This document shows positions 55,694 to 64,000 of a stretch of DNA of 64,000 nt, piece by piece (the stretch's first letter is position 1; each line of letters opens with the position of its first letter). Source of the stretch: Candidatus Omnitrophica bacterium UBA6233 (GTDB lineage: Bacteria > Omnitrophota > Gorgyraeia > Gygaellales > Profunditerraquicolaceae); NCBI GenBank assembly GCA_002440965.1, contig DJWJ01000016.1:7409-71408 (forward strand). Direction: 5' to 3'. The notes beneath the pieces are model-generated. The model had not been told where the DNA came from and did no database searches. It worked only from the letters and a program-made list of their open reading frames with translations. Both the position numbers and the translations under genes were made by a program.

Positions 55694-56658
55694 AATTTTC
55701 TCCGCTTTTCTGGCCGATCCAGTTTAAAAACGGGATAATTTATATCCTTGATGAAACTCTCCTGCCGCATAAGCTTACCTATATAAAGGCAAAGAACTAC
55801 CAGGAGGCCTGTCGCGCGATAAAAGAAATGAAAACCCGGGCTGTGGGCCAGGTCATTCTGGTAATGTATATTTTTCTGCAATTACTCGAGCAAGGGAAAA
55901 AGAAAGACCTGGTTAAAGTTGCTCAAGCTATCAACTCTACCCGTCCGACTTTATCATTTAAGTTTTTAACCGATATGGTTTTGGGTTGGGCTAAATCCGG
56001 CGCTCCTTTAGATAAATGCATTACGGGATTTTTAGAAGGTTTAAAATACAGCCGGATCAAACAAGCTGAAGAAGCCAGCAAATTAATTAAAAGCGGTGAT
56101 TGCATATTAACTCATTGCAATATCAGTGGTCTCCTGCCTTTAATCGGAGAAATTTGTCAAAAGCAGGGTAAAAAGATAAGTTTTTTCGCGACTGAAACCC
56201 GTCCATATATGCAAGGCTCGCGTTTAACTGCCTGGGAGTTAAAACAAGCCGGATTTGACGTAACCATAATCACCGATAATATGGTTGCCGCGGTTATGTC
56301 TTTGGGTAAGGTAAATAAAGTTATTGTCGGCGCGGATCATTTGGCGCAAAACGGAGATATCGCCAATAAAATCGGAACTTATGGAATCGCGGTCTTAGCT
56401 AGACATTTCAATCTGCCTTTTTATGTTTTATGCCCGCCGGCTTCCGGATTAAAGAGCGGCAAAGATATCAAAATCGAGATCAGACCGGATATCGAGATGC
56501 TTGAGTATCAGGGTTTGCGCTTGGCGCCTATTGGCGCGAAAGGTTATTATCCGGCATTCGATGTTACTCCCAATAAATTAATTACCAAACACATCCATTT
56601 AAATGTAGGGACGGTTCTCAATTCAAGGCAGAAGTGTCCCCGGAGGGGACAGTTTTAG
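55690..56658 (+). CDS. eIF-2B alpha/beta/delta family isomerase (MtnA-like 5-(methylthio/deoxy)ribose-1-phosphate isomerase)
   Basis: 'GADHLAQNGDIANKIGTYGIAVLARHFNLPFYVLCP'. Confidence 0.75.
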   Translation: MKFSPLFWPIQFKNGIIYILDETLLPHKLTYIKAKNYQEACRAIKEMKTRAVGQVILVMYIFLQLLEQGKKKDLVKVAQAINSTRPTLSFKFLTDMVLGWAKSGAPLDKCITGFLEGLKYSRIKQAEEASKLIKSGDCILTHCNISGLLPLIGEICQKQGKKISFFATETRPYMQGSRLTAWELKQAGFDVTIITDNMVAAVMSLGKVNKVIVGADHLAQNGDIANKIGTYGIAVLARHFNLPFYVLCPPASGLKSGKDIKIEIRPDIEMLEYQGLRLAPIGAKGYYPAFDVTPNKLITKHIHLNVGTVLNSRQKCPRRGQF

Positions 56659-56693
56659 GTTGGTTTGAGAACCGTCCCTAATAGAGGAGAGAG

Positions 56694-57695
56694 ATGATTT
56701 TTAGCAGAGAGAGGGCGTTAAAAAAAGAAATAATTCAAGTTGGCAAACATCTTTATCGGAATAGGCTGGCTGTGGCTAAATCCGGGAATTTAAGTGCGCG
56801 CCTGGATGCTGAAAACATACTGATTACTGCAACCGGAACATCGCTAGGGGATTTAAAATATAAGGATATTGTAAAAGTAAATTTAAGCTCTGAGAAAGTT
56901 TGCGGTGAGGCCAAGCCCAGTTCAGAGTTACCTTTACACGCTCTTGTTTATAAGAATTTCGATTCTAAAGTTGTGATTCATGCCCACCCTCCTTTAATCA
57001 ACGGTTATTTTGCGGTTACCTCAGATTTAAAGGCCTTAACCTTCGAGACTAAATTTTATCTGGGGAATATTCCGGTTATTGAGCAAGATACTCCTACTGT
57101 AACTAAACCCGGAGCAGTCATAAGCGCGTTGAAATCCAATAGTTTAGTTATACTGAAGAATCACGGGATAGTGGCGATAGCTGATAAATTCGGCGACGCG
57201 CTTAATTTAACTGAAGCCCTGGAAGAGGCAGTGCGTAGCGCTGCTTTGGCCAGAATATTCCAGAAAGATATTCTTGATGATTTGGACAAGGTTTTAAAAG
57301 AAGATTTGGCCAAGGATGTCGCATATACAATGTTTTCTCCAGAGCATATCCAGGCGATTGTAGATTTAGTGAATAAAGACGAATTCATTGCTCAAAAAGG
57401 GAAAGAACAGGATTTAACGGTAAAGCTGGCTATAAAATTGGACGGAAGCGATAAAGCCTACAAATTTAATTTCGAAAAAGGAAAAATCGTAAAATTGGAT
57501 TTTGATAGCGAGGCGCCATTTGTAATTTCTGCCCCGGCCAATGTCTGGGAGCAGGTGTTTTTGGGTAAGCTCGATTCGTTTGTGGCGGTTACCCAGGGGA
57601 AAATGAAATTGCAGGGACAATTGGGCCAGCTTTCCAAGTGGTATGTGCCCTTTACTCGGCTTTTTGGGATATTTAAGGAAGTAAAGATAAAATGA
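56694..57695 (+). CDS. class II aldolase/adducin-family protein (MtnB/Ald2/FucA-like) with C-terminal extension
   Basis: 'SGNLSARLD', 'VVIHAHPPLINGYFAV' and 'LKNHGIVAI' metal-binding motifs; extra ~120-aa C-terminal region. Confidence 0.7.
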   Translation: MIFSRERALKKEIIQVGKHLYRNRLAVAKSGNLSARLDAENILITATGTSLGDLKYKDIVKVNLSSEKVCGEAKPSSELPLHALVYKNFDSKVVIHAHPPLINGYFAVTSDLKALTFETKFYLGNIPVIEQDTPTVTKPGAVISALKSNSLVILKNHGIVAIADKFGDALNLTEALEEAVRSAALARIFQKDILDDLDKVLKEDLAKDVAYTMFSPEHIQAIVDLVNKDEFIAQKGKEQDLTVKLAIKLDGSDKAYKFNFEKGKIVKLDFDSEAPFVISAPANVWEQVFLGKLDSFVAVTQGKMKLQGQLGQLSKWYVPFTRLFGIFKEVKIK

Positions 57696-59179
57696 TTAAA
57701 AATTATCCGCTCTATATAGGCGGAAAATTCATCGAGACCAAAGACAGGCTGGGAGTGCTTAATCCTTCGACGGGAAAAGTAATTGCCGAGGCTTCGCTTG
57801 CTTCGTTAAAAGAAGTGGAATTGGCTTTAGTAAGCGCAAGAGCAAGTTTTGACCAGGGAGACTGGCCACATTTAACCCTAGCCCAGCGTAAGAATTTTAT
57901 CGTTAAAATTGCGCAAGGAATCCTAGATAATGCCGCGGAACTGGCAGAGTTAGAAAGCGCAAATACCGGGAAACCCACTAAGGAATCCACTTTTATGGAT
58001 ATTCCTTCGGCGGCAAGAACTTTTTCCTATGCCGCCAATAATTTCGAAAAATTCCTGAAAGCAGAAGATTTAAGAATCGGAGAAGAAGCGGAAGCAGTTT
58101 TAAGGCGCGAGCCAGTGGGAGTTGCGGTATTAATCGTTCCCTGGAATTATCCGCTTTTAATCGCCTGCTGGAAATTAGCCTCAGCTTTGTCTGCCGGAAA
58201 CACGCTGATATTGAAGCCATCCAGCCTTACTCCTTTAACCGCTCTAAAGCTGGCCCGGATTATACATGATGCCGGATTACCAGCAGGAGTCGTAAATGTT
58301 ATCAATGGCAGCGGCAGCAAGATTGGAGAGGCGCTTTGTTCGGATAAACGGGTGGATATGATTTCTTTTACTGGGAGCAATGAAGTGGGTAAGTCGATTT
58401 TGGAGTATTCATCTAAAAACGCAAAGAAATCGATTATGGAATTAGGTGGAAAATCCGCCAGCTTGATTTTTGGGGATGTGGATTTGGATACGGCGGTGAA
58501 TAGTTCGCTTTGCTCCATATTTTTGAATCAAGGGCAGATGTGCACAGCTATGTCGCGGATATTTGTGCAGGATAATTTATATGATAAATTCGCGGATAGT
58601 TTTGTGGAAAAGGCCAAAAGGCTTAAGCTTGGGACTCCGGACGACCCCGAAGTGCAAGTCGGGCCGTTAATCAGCGAAAACCAGCGCAAAAAAGTTATCG
58701 TCTATATTGAGAAAGCTAAAAGAGAGGGTGCTAAGGTATTATGTGGCGGGAAGATCCCGTCTAGTCCGGAATTAAAAAACGGTTTTTTCTTTGAGCCTAC
58801 GGTTTTAGCCGGGGTTAACCGAAACGCGCATATATTTAAGGAAGAAGTATTCGGCCCGGTAGTCATCATCGGAAAATTTTCCAGCGCAGAGGAAGCTTTA
58901 GATTTGGCTAATGCCAGCGATTTTGGTTTGGCAGCTTGTATTTGGACCAAGGATCTGGAGTTAGCTAAAGAATTTTCCCGGAAACTTAACGCCGGGACTG
59001 TTTGGATTAATACTTACGGCATGTTTTATAATGAACTTCCCTATGGCGGATTTAAGAGGAGCGGTTTTGGCAAGGAATTAGGCAAGGAGGGAATTCTCGA
59101 GTATACCCGGCTTAAGAATATAATCATTGATCAGTCGCCTGATTCGAAACCTTTGGTCAACTACTGGTACGGGTTCTAA
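57692..59179 (+). CDS. NAD(P)-dependent aldehyde dehydrogenase
   Basis: 'VPWNYPLL', 'ELGGKSA' and the catalytic Cys context 'NQGQMCTAMSRIFV'; 495 aa. Confidence 0.85.
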   Translation: MIKNYPLYIGGKFIETKDRLGVLNPSTGKVIAEASLASLKEVELALVSARASFDQGDWPHLTLAQRKNFIVKIAQGILDNAAELAELESANTGKPTKESTFMDIPSAARTFSYAANNFEKFLKAEDLRIGEEAEAVLRREPVGVAVLIVPWNYPLLIACWKLASALSAGNTLILKPSSLTPLTALKLARIIHDAGLPAGVVNVINGSGSKIGEALCSDKRVDMISFTGSNEVGKSILEYSSKNAKKSIMELGGKSASLIFGDVDLDTAVNSSLCSIFLNQGQMCTAMSRIFVQDNLYDKFADSFVEKAKRLKLGTPDDPEVQVGPLISENQRKKVIVYIEKAKREGAKVLCGGKIPSSPELKNGFFFEPTVLAGVNRNAHIFKEEVFGPVVIIGKFSSAEEALDLANASDFGLAACIWTKDLELAKEFSRKLNAGTVWINTYGMFYNELPYGGFKRSGFGKELGKEGILEYTRLKNIIIDQSPDSKPLVNYWYGF

Positions 59180-59182
59180 ATT

Positions 59183-59899
59183 ATGCTGAAATACATCTTA
59201 TCTATATGGTATTGGATTGCCAGCACAATTATTACAATGGTTTTATTTTTTGTAGTGCTTTTTATCGTCGTCTTTACTTTTCCTTTTGATAAGAAGAATA
59301 AACTTGCGCATGCGCAATGTTTCTGGTGGTCGGATTGGGTGATCCGAATGAATCCTTACTGGAAATTGCGGGTCGAGGGCTTGGAAAATATTGATTACTC
59401 CAAGACCTATGTAATTATCGCTAACCATCAGAGTCTGGCCGATATAGCTGTGCTTTACCAAACCCGCATGCAATTTAAATGGGTCGCCAAGCAAAGCCTT
59501 TTTAAGATTCCTTTTATCGGATGGTGTCTTTCTTTAATCAAGCATATAAAGCTGGAAAGGGGGGATTTCTCCAGCATTAAAAAACTATATCGTGAGGCAG
59601 CGGAATGGCTCAGGAAAGATATGTCGGTATTATTTTTTCCCGAAGGTACCCGCAGCGATACCGACACGATGAATGCTTTTCAAAACGGCGCCTTTAAATT
59701 AGCCCTCAAAGAAAAGAAGCCGATTCTTCCTGTTCGCATCAGAGGCACGCGTGATGCTATCCCTAAAGGGAGTTGGGTGTTTGAGGCTAAGGTTGATGCG
59801 GTAGTTACAGTGTTGCCGGTAATAGAAACAAGCGAATTAGCCCCAGGCGATTTTGCTTTACTTAGGGATGAAGTTTTTGCCAAGATTTCCGGAAATTAA
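59183..59899 (+). CDS. plsC: 1-acyl-sn-glycerol-3-phosphate acyltransferase
   Basis: 'ANHQSLADI' (HX4D-type) and 'FPEGTRS' motifs; N-terminal TM. Confidence 0.75.
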   Translation: MLKYILSIWYWIASTIITMVLFFVVLFIVVFTFPFDKKNKLAHAQCFWWSDWVIRMNPYWKLRVEGLENIDYSKTYVIIANHQSLADIAVLYQTRMQFKWVAKQSLFKIPFIGWCLSLIKHIKLERGDFSSIKKLYREAAEWLRKDMSVLFFPEGTRSDTDTMNAFQNGAFKLALKEKKPILPVRIRGTRDAIPKGSWVFEAKVDAVVTVLPVIETSELAPGDFALLRDEVFAKISGN

Positions 59900-59945
59900 A
59901 AAATCAAGTTGTGGTATAATAGCTATAGGTATGTAAAGAAAGGAG

Positions 59946-60497
59946 ATGGCTATGAAAAATAAAACCTTGCTTATTATCTTGGCTGCCTTATGCGCATTAT
60001 TGATATTTGAAACAGGATATTTGGTCGGAATCGGCGAGCAAAGAAGAATGTTCCGGAATTTAAGGAGCCGCTACATTTATCCGCCGCAACCATTTAATCC
60101 GAATTGGGACTTTCCGCGAATACAAAGAGAAAAATTTCCTGTTCAAGCGGGAAAAGAGAGTTTTTTTGTTACAACAATGACTTCAAAAGACACAGACCAA
60201 GCGAAAATAATTACGGTTAAACTGCCGGGTGTGGATAAAAAGGATATCAGCGTTGAAGTTAACGGAATATATCTGGCTGTTCAGGCAAAGCAAAAGAGAG
60301 AGGCCGGTATAAACCGAGACGACTTTTCTGCTCAAACACTAAATTCATCCGGTTTTGTCCAGGCAATCGCTCTTGGCGATAACGCGGATACGCAGCATAT
60401 CCAGGCGGAATTTAACAAGGAGACTCTTACGATTACTATTCCTAAAGATAAGCGCTCAAAGCCTTCGGGAAAAACTTTTACTGTTCCGATAAAATGA
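59946..60497 (+). CDS. Hsp20/alpha-crystallin-domain-like protein with N-terminal membrane anchor
   Basis: N-terminal TM 'LLIILAALCALLIF'. C-terminal 'VKLPGVDKKDISVEVNGIYLAV...LTITIPK' resembles the ACD fold. Confidence 0.45.
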   Translation: MAMKNKTLLIILAALCALLIFETGYLVGIGEQRRMFRNLRSRYIYPPQPFNPNWDFPRIQREKFPVQAGKESFFVTTMTSKDTDQAKIITVKLPGVDKKDISVEVNGIYLAVQAKQKREAGINRDDFSAQTLNSSGFVQAIALGDNADTQHIQAEFNKETLTITIPKDKRSKPSGKTFTVPIK

Positions 60498-61333
60498 ACA
60501 CCTATATTCTTTTATTACAATGCAAAGACCAAAAAGGTATCGTAGCCAAGCTTTCGGACTTTATTTTTAAGCGCGGAGGCAATATTATTACCGCCGATCA
60601 ATATTCCACTGATTTCAAGGCGGGGCATTTTTTTATCCGGTTGGAATTTGTCCTAGACGGTTTAGCCCAAAGGGATAAGCTGGAAGAAAGCCTGAATCTC
60701 TTTGTTTCTCCATTACGTGCCAAGTTCTCGCTTTACAATAAACATAAGGCATTGCGCATGGGAGTATTGGTTTCTAAACCCAGCCATTGCCTGGCAGAGA
60801 TACTTTATTTGTGGAAAGAACAGGAATTAGACGTTGAGATTCCTTTTGTCATCAGTAATTTTGCAGGCCACAGAGAGTTGGTAGAACAATACAGGATTCC
60901 ATTTCATTTTGTTCCTGCGGTTAAGAGTAACCGGAAGGAGAATGAGCTGTTGAAGATAATCGGCGCCAAGACCGATTTTCTGGCGCTTAGCCGTTATATG
61001 CTTCTGCTTTCCAAGAAGTTTCTTAATGCTTATGACAAGGATATCATAAATATCCACCACGGGCTTCTACCCTCATTTAAAGGAAGCAATCCTTACCGGC
61101 AGGCGCTTTCTGGCGGAGTAAAAGTGATTGGAGCAACCAGCCATTTTGTTACCGAAAAGTTGGATGAAGGGCCGATTATCGCTCAGGAAGTAGTGAGTGT
61201 TTCGCATAGGGATGGTTTGATGGATTTAATACGTAAGGGTAAGAATCTGGAAAAGAAAGCTTTAATTGACGCAATCCGCTCCTATATCGATTATCGCGTA
61301 ATTAAACATAACAATAAAACTATAGTTTTTTAG
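60494..61333 (+). CDS. purU: formyltetrahydrofolate deformylase
   Basis: N-terminal ACT 'ILLLQCKDQKGIVAKLSDFI'; formyl-transferase 'INIHHGLLPSFKG' and 'GATSHFVTEKLDEGPII'. Confidence 0.8.
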   Translation: MNTYILLLQCKDQKGIVAKLSDFIFKRGGNIITADQYSTDFKAGHFFIRLEFVLDGLAQRDKLEESLNLFVSPLRAKFSLYNKHKALRMGVLVSKPSHCLAEILYLWKEQELDVEIPFVISNFAGHRELVEQYRIPFHFVPAVKSNRKENELLKIIGAKTDFLALSRYMLLLSKKFLNAYDKDIINIHHGLLPSFKGSNPYRQALSGGVKVIGATSHFVTEKLDEGPIIAQEVVSVSHRDGLMDLIRKGKNLEKKALIDAIRSYIDYRVIKHNNKTIVF

Positions 61334-61342
61334 TTCATTGCG

Positions 61343-62425
61343 ATGAAGAGAATCTATAAGGTCTTACTATGGCTAATCGCCATCTTTTTCATAGTTTTTG
61401 TCCTTGTCAATATAGCTCTCTCCTTATTTGCCAAGCAAATAGTTGTTAAGCAAATCGAGCAAAATATAAAACTACATACTACTCTTGATAAAATAAGCGT
61501 TGATCTGCCTCTTTCAATAAAATTAACTAAGTTGAGCATAGGAGACTTGTTTAGGGCGGATGAAATTTCGGTTTCACCGAATATTTTAGGATTTTTTGCC
61601 GGCAAAATCGCGCTTAACAGAGTAATATTAGTCAATCCGGTAGTAAATCTTGAGCGCTCAGGAGACGGAAACTTAAATCTACCTAAATTAGAACAAAAAG
61701 GAACGCAGAAGGCTCCGCCGGTCTATCTTACCGGCCTAAGCATTAGAAACGGGAAAATAGTTTTTACCGATAAAAAGGTTGAAGCTTCAGGTTATAAGGT
61801 TATCTTGGACAGGTTGAGCGCGCATGTATCTAAAGTTATGCTTCCGCCAACTTCTTTAAAGGCGAATTTTAAGCTTTCAACGGATATATTGGACTCGGAT
61901 AGCCAAAAGCTGGGAAGTATCGGGTTAAGCGGCTGGGTTGACTTTGGGCCCAAGGATATGGATGCCGTCTTGAATATAAAAGATTTGGATTTGATCTATT
62001 TTTCTCCTTATTACGGAAATTTTATTTCCCAGAAAAAACTTCTTTCAGCTAAACTTAACGTAAATGCTACGTTTAAAGCCAAAGATAACAATTTAAATAT
62101 CTTAACTGATTTTAAACTTTCAAATTTAACCTATGCCCAAGAAGAGCCTGTTGAGGGAGGGCTTCCGGAATTAGATTTAACCAGAAATGCTTTGGATTTT
62201 TTTACTGATTCCAAGGGTAACTTGGGACTTGAGTTTGAGGTCAATACTCAGTTGAATCATCCCGCTCTCAGCCCCGAGCAGCTTAAGAAAATTATGTTAA
62301 AGGCAGCGGCCAAGAATCTTTCTAATCAATCGCCGGATGAATTGATTCAAAAGGTTAGCGATAATATCGAACAGTTTAAAGCGATTGGTAAAACTCTTAA
62401 AAACATATTTGGAGGGAAAGATTGA
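61343..62425 (+). CDS. hypothetical membrane-anchored protein (AsmA/DUF748-like)
   Basis: N-terminal TM 'LLWLIAIFFIVFVLVNIAL'; long beta-rich region. Weak family assignment. Confidence 0.3.
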   Translation: MKRIYKVLLWLIAIFFIVFVLVNIALSLFAKQIVVKQIEQNIKLHTTLDKISVDLPLSIKLTKLSIGDLFRADEISVSPNILGFFAGKIALNRVILVNPVVNLERSGDGNLNLPKLEQKGTQKAPPVYLTGLSIRNGKIVFTDKKVEASGYKVILDRLSAHVSKVMLPPTSLKANFKLSTDILDSDSQKLGSIGLSGWVDFGPKDMDAVLNIKDLDLIYFSPYYGNFISQKKLLSAKLNVNATFKAKDNNLNILTDFKLSNLTYAQEEPVEGGLPELDLTRNALDFFTDSKGNLGLEFEVNTQLNHPALSPEQLKKIMLKAAAKNLSNQSPDELIQKVSDNIEQFKAIGKTLKNIFGGKD

Positions 62426-63078
62426 TGATGGCGGATAAACCCAGGAGTATACAGAATATCGAGGATAAGATGGTTTCTCTGGATGTCAGTTCTTTGCGTT
62501 ATCATGTTCTCGAGAGCGCCAAGAATTTTAAGACTTCCTGGATTGAATTGGGTCGTTCGCTTTATTCGGTATGGAAAGATAAAATGTATAAAGAGTGGGG
62601 TTTTGGCACGTTTGATGCTTATACCGCCAGAGAGATAGGCATCAAGAAGCCCACCGCAATGAAATTGTTGCGTTCATACTATTTCTTGGAAAAGGAAGAG
62701 CCGGCTTATCTGAAGAGCGATTACGCTAAAGAAGCGGATACTGCCAAATTGCCCAGTTACGAAGCGGTTGATTTATTGCGCAAAGCCAAAGATAAGAAAA
62801 CTTTAAATCAGGAGGACTATTCGAAATTAAAGAAAGATATTTTTGACGGCGGTAAAGACGTTCAGGCGCTAAAGCGGGATTTGACTTCTTTAATCAGGCA
62901 GAGGCAAGAGCTTGATCCTGATGAGGCTTACCAAAACCGGCGGGTATCTACTTTAAAGAGATTTATCGGCAGCCTTAAAGCGCTAAAGCAGGAAGCTGAG
63001 ATCTCCAAGCTTCTTCCGGCCCAGCTTATTAAGGAGGTCCAGGAATTGATAAGAAAGATAGAAGGAGAGATCCAATAA
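62422..63078 (+). CDS. hypothetical protein
   Basis: 218-aa charged, helical ORF; no motif recognised. Confidence 0.3.
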   Translation: MMMADKPRSIQNIEDKMVSLDVSSLRYHVLESAKNFKTSWIELGRSLYSVWKDKMYKEWGFGTFDAYTAREIGIKKPTAMKLLRSYYFLEKEEPAYLKSDYAKEADTAKLPSYEAVDLLRKAKDKKTLNQEDYSKLKKDIFDGGKDVQALKRDLTSLIRQRQELDPDEAYQNRRVSTLKRFIGSLKALKQEAEISKLLPAQLIKEVQELIRKIEGEIQ

Positions 63079-63079
63079 A

Positions 63080-64000
63080 ATGAACATAATCCAAATACTC
63101 GACGATAGGGCAAAAAATAACCCGGATAAACCAGCGGTTATATTCAGGGAGCAAGTAATTTCATTTTCTAAATTAGCGGATTTTTCTTTGCGTTTTGCCA
63201 ACACTCTTAAAAAACTAGGTGTGAATAAGGGCGATAAGGTGGCAGTATACTTGCCGAGTTGGCCGGAATATATTTTTAGTTATTTGGCTATTTGGCGCAT
63301 AGGCGCAACAGCCGTGCCTTTGGATTTCATGCTTACTGAAGATGAGTTGGCCTCATGCATAGCGCATTCCGAGGCCAAGATTTTGATTGCTAAGCCTAAA
63401 GCCAATTTTTCTCTCGTGTCGCTTAAGAATAGATGTTCTGATTTAAAACAGATAATCACTTGTCAGGATAAAACAGAAGGGTTTTTATTCTTTAACGATT
63501 GTGTAGAGAAATCCGTTTCAACCGCGATAAAAGTGGATATACAGGATAAAGACCATGCCATTATCTTCTATACCTCCGGAACAACCGGTAAGCCCAAAGG
63601 AGTATTAATAAATTACTTGCAATTAAGCGCTCCTCCTAAGTCCATGGAGTTTTTCGTAAATTCAGACCTAGGCGATCGCGACACGACTTTATGCGCTTTG
63701 CCTTTTTCGCATTTGGGAGGCCTGATTTATATTCAAAACACTATTGTTTTTGGTTTAAAGCTGGTTCTGATGGAAAGATTTATCCCGTTAGAGTTTTTGA
63801 AGGACATTCAGAATTTTAAAGTAAATTTCTTCTGGCTGGTTCCTTCTATGTATTACGCTCTTTTACAGTTGAAAGAATTTGAAACCTTCGACTTGTCGAG
63901 TTTACGTTGGATTGTAACTTTCGGCGCTTCCAGCTCACCGGATGCTTTGCGTAGATTCCATCAGTTTTGCCCCAAGGCGCACCTATTAAATGGCTGGGGC
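63080..64000 (+). CDS. AMP-dependent synthetase/ligase (acyl-CoA synthetase family), 3'-partial
   Basis: AMP-binding motif 'IFYTSGTTGKPKGV' and 'GWG'. ORF runs to the window edge. Confidence 0.7.
   Translation, partial: MNIIQILDDRAKNNPDKPAVIFREQVISFSKLADFSLRFANTLKKLGVNKGDKVAVYLPSWPEYIFSYLAIWRIGATAVPLDFMLTEDELASCIAHSEAKILIAKPKANFSLVSLKNRCSDLKQIITCQDKTEGFLFFNDCVEKSVSTAIKVDIQDKDHAIIFYTSGTTGKPKGVLINYLQLSAPPKSMEFFVNSDLGDRDTTLCALPFSHLGGLIYIQNTIVFGLKLVLMERFIPLEFLKDIQNFKVNFFWLVPSMYYALLQLKEFETFDLSSLRWIVTFGASSSPDALRRFHQFCPKAHLLNGWG

Noticed and set aside
1-64000. CRISPR arrays, rRNA genes, transposases/integrases, prophage modules
   Set aside because: No direct-repeat/spacer periodicity, rRNA-like conserved blocks, DDE/tyrosine-recombinase motifs or phage structural genes were seen. 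The short repeats present are palindromic singletons, not arrays.

Overview
Low-GC bacterial chromosomal segment with almost every gene on the + strand; only the ComM/YifB-like gene at 38157-39686 is on the - strand. The source is probably an uncultivated anaerobe, but that is inference only.

Housekeeping backbone: pyrK-pyrD-pyrF, tRNA-Val and tRNA-Asp, purH-folC-mnmE-folE, accA, plsC, purU, crcB with a DUF190 partner, and scattered hydrogenase-maturation genes (a truncated hypF, hypC, hypD, and hypE 8.6 kb away).

The most distinctive region is 44.2-51.5 kb, which looks like a type-II-PKS-like or unusual-lipid cluster. It contains a duplicated Cys-rich TIGR04076-like protein, an active KS, a Cys-less chain-length-factor-like KS partner, a B12-binding radical SAM enzyme, an ACP, a cyclase-family protein, an SRPBCC (ARO/CYC-like) protein and an SDR ketoreductase. 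Three copies of a long palindromic 'AATGACAAATGACAAAAT' intergenic repeat punctuate it.

Other notable items:
- A lysine-2,3-aminomutase (KamA) gene preceded by two tandem Ddl-like ATP-grasp ligases and followed by an EF-G paralog and a YchF homolog that has lost its P-loop GTPase domain.
- A DHAP-shunt-like salvage cluster: nucleoside phosphorylase, MtnA-like isomerase, class II aldolase, aldehyde dehydrogenase.
- An STT3/PglB-like putative oligosaccharyltransferase.
- A DnaQ-exonuclease-WYL fusion.
- A ~50-bp palindromic element ('AAAAGTCAAAAGTC' flanking CCTGCC-CGGCAGG) inserted in-frame in two unrelated genes.
- Heptanucleotide tandem repeats inside pyrK.
- A GC-rich structured non-coding stretch upstream of crcB, part of which resembles SRP RNA.

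No CRISPR array, rRNA, transposase or prophage was recognised.
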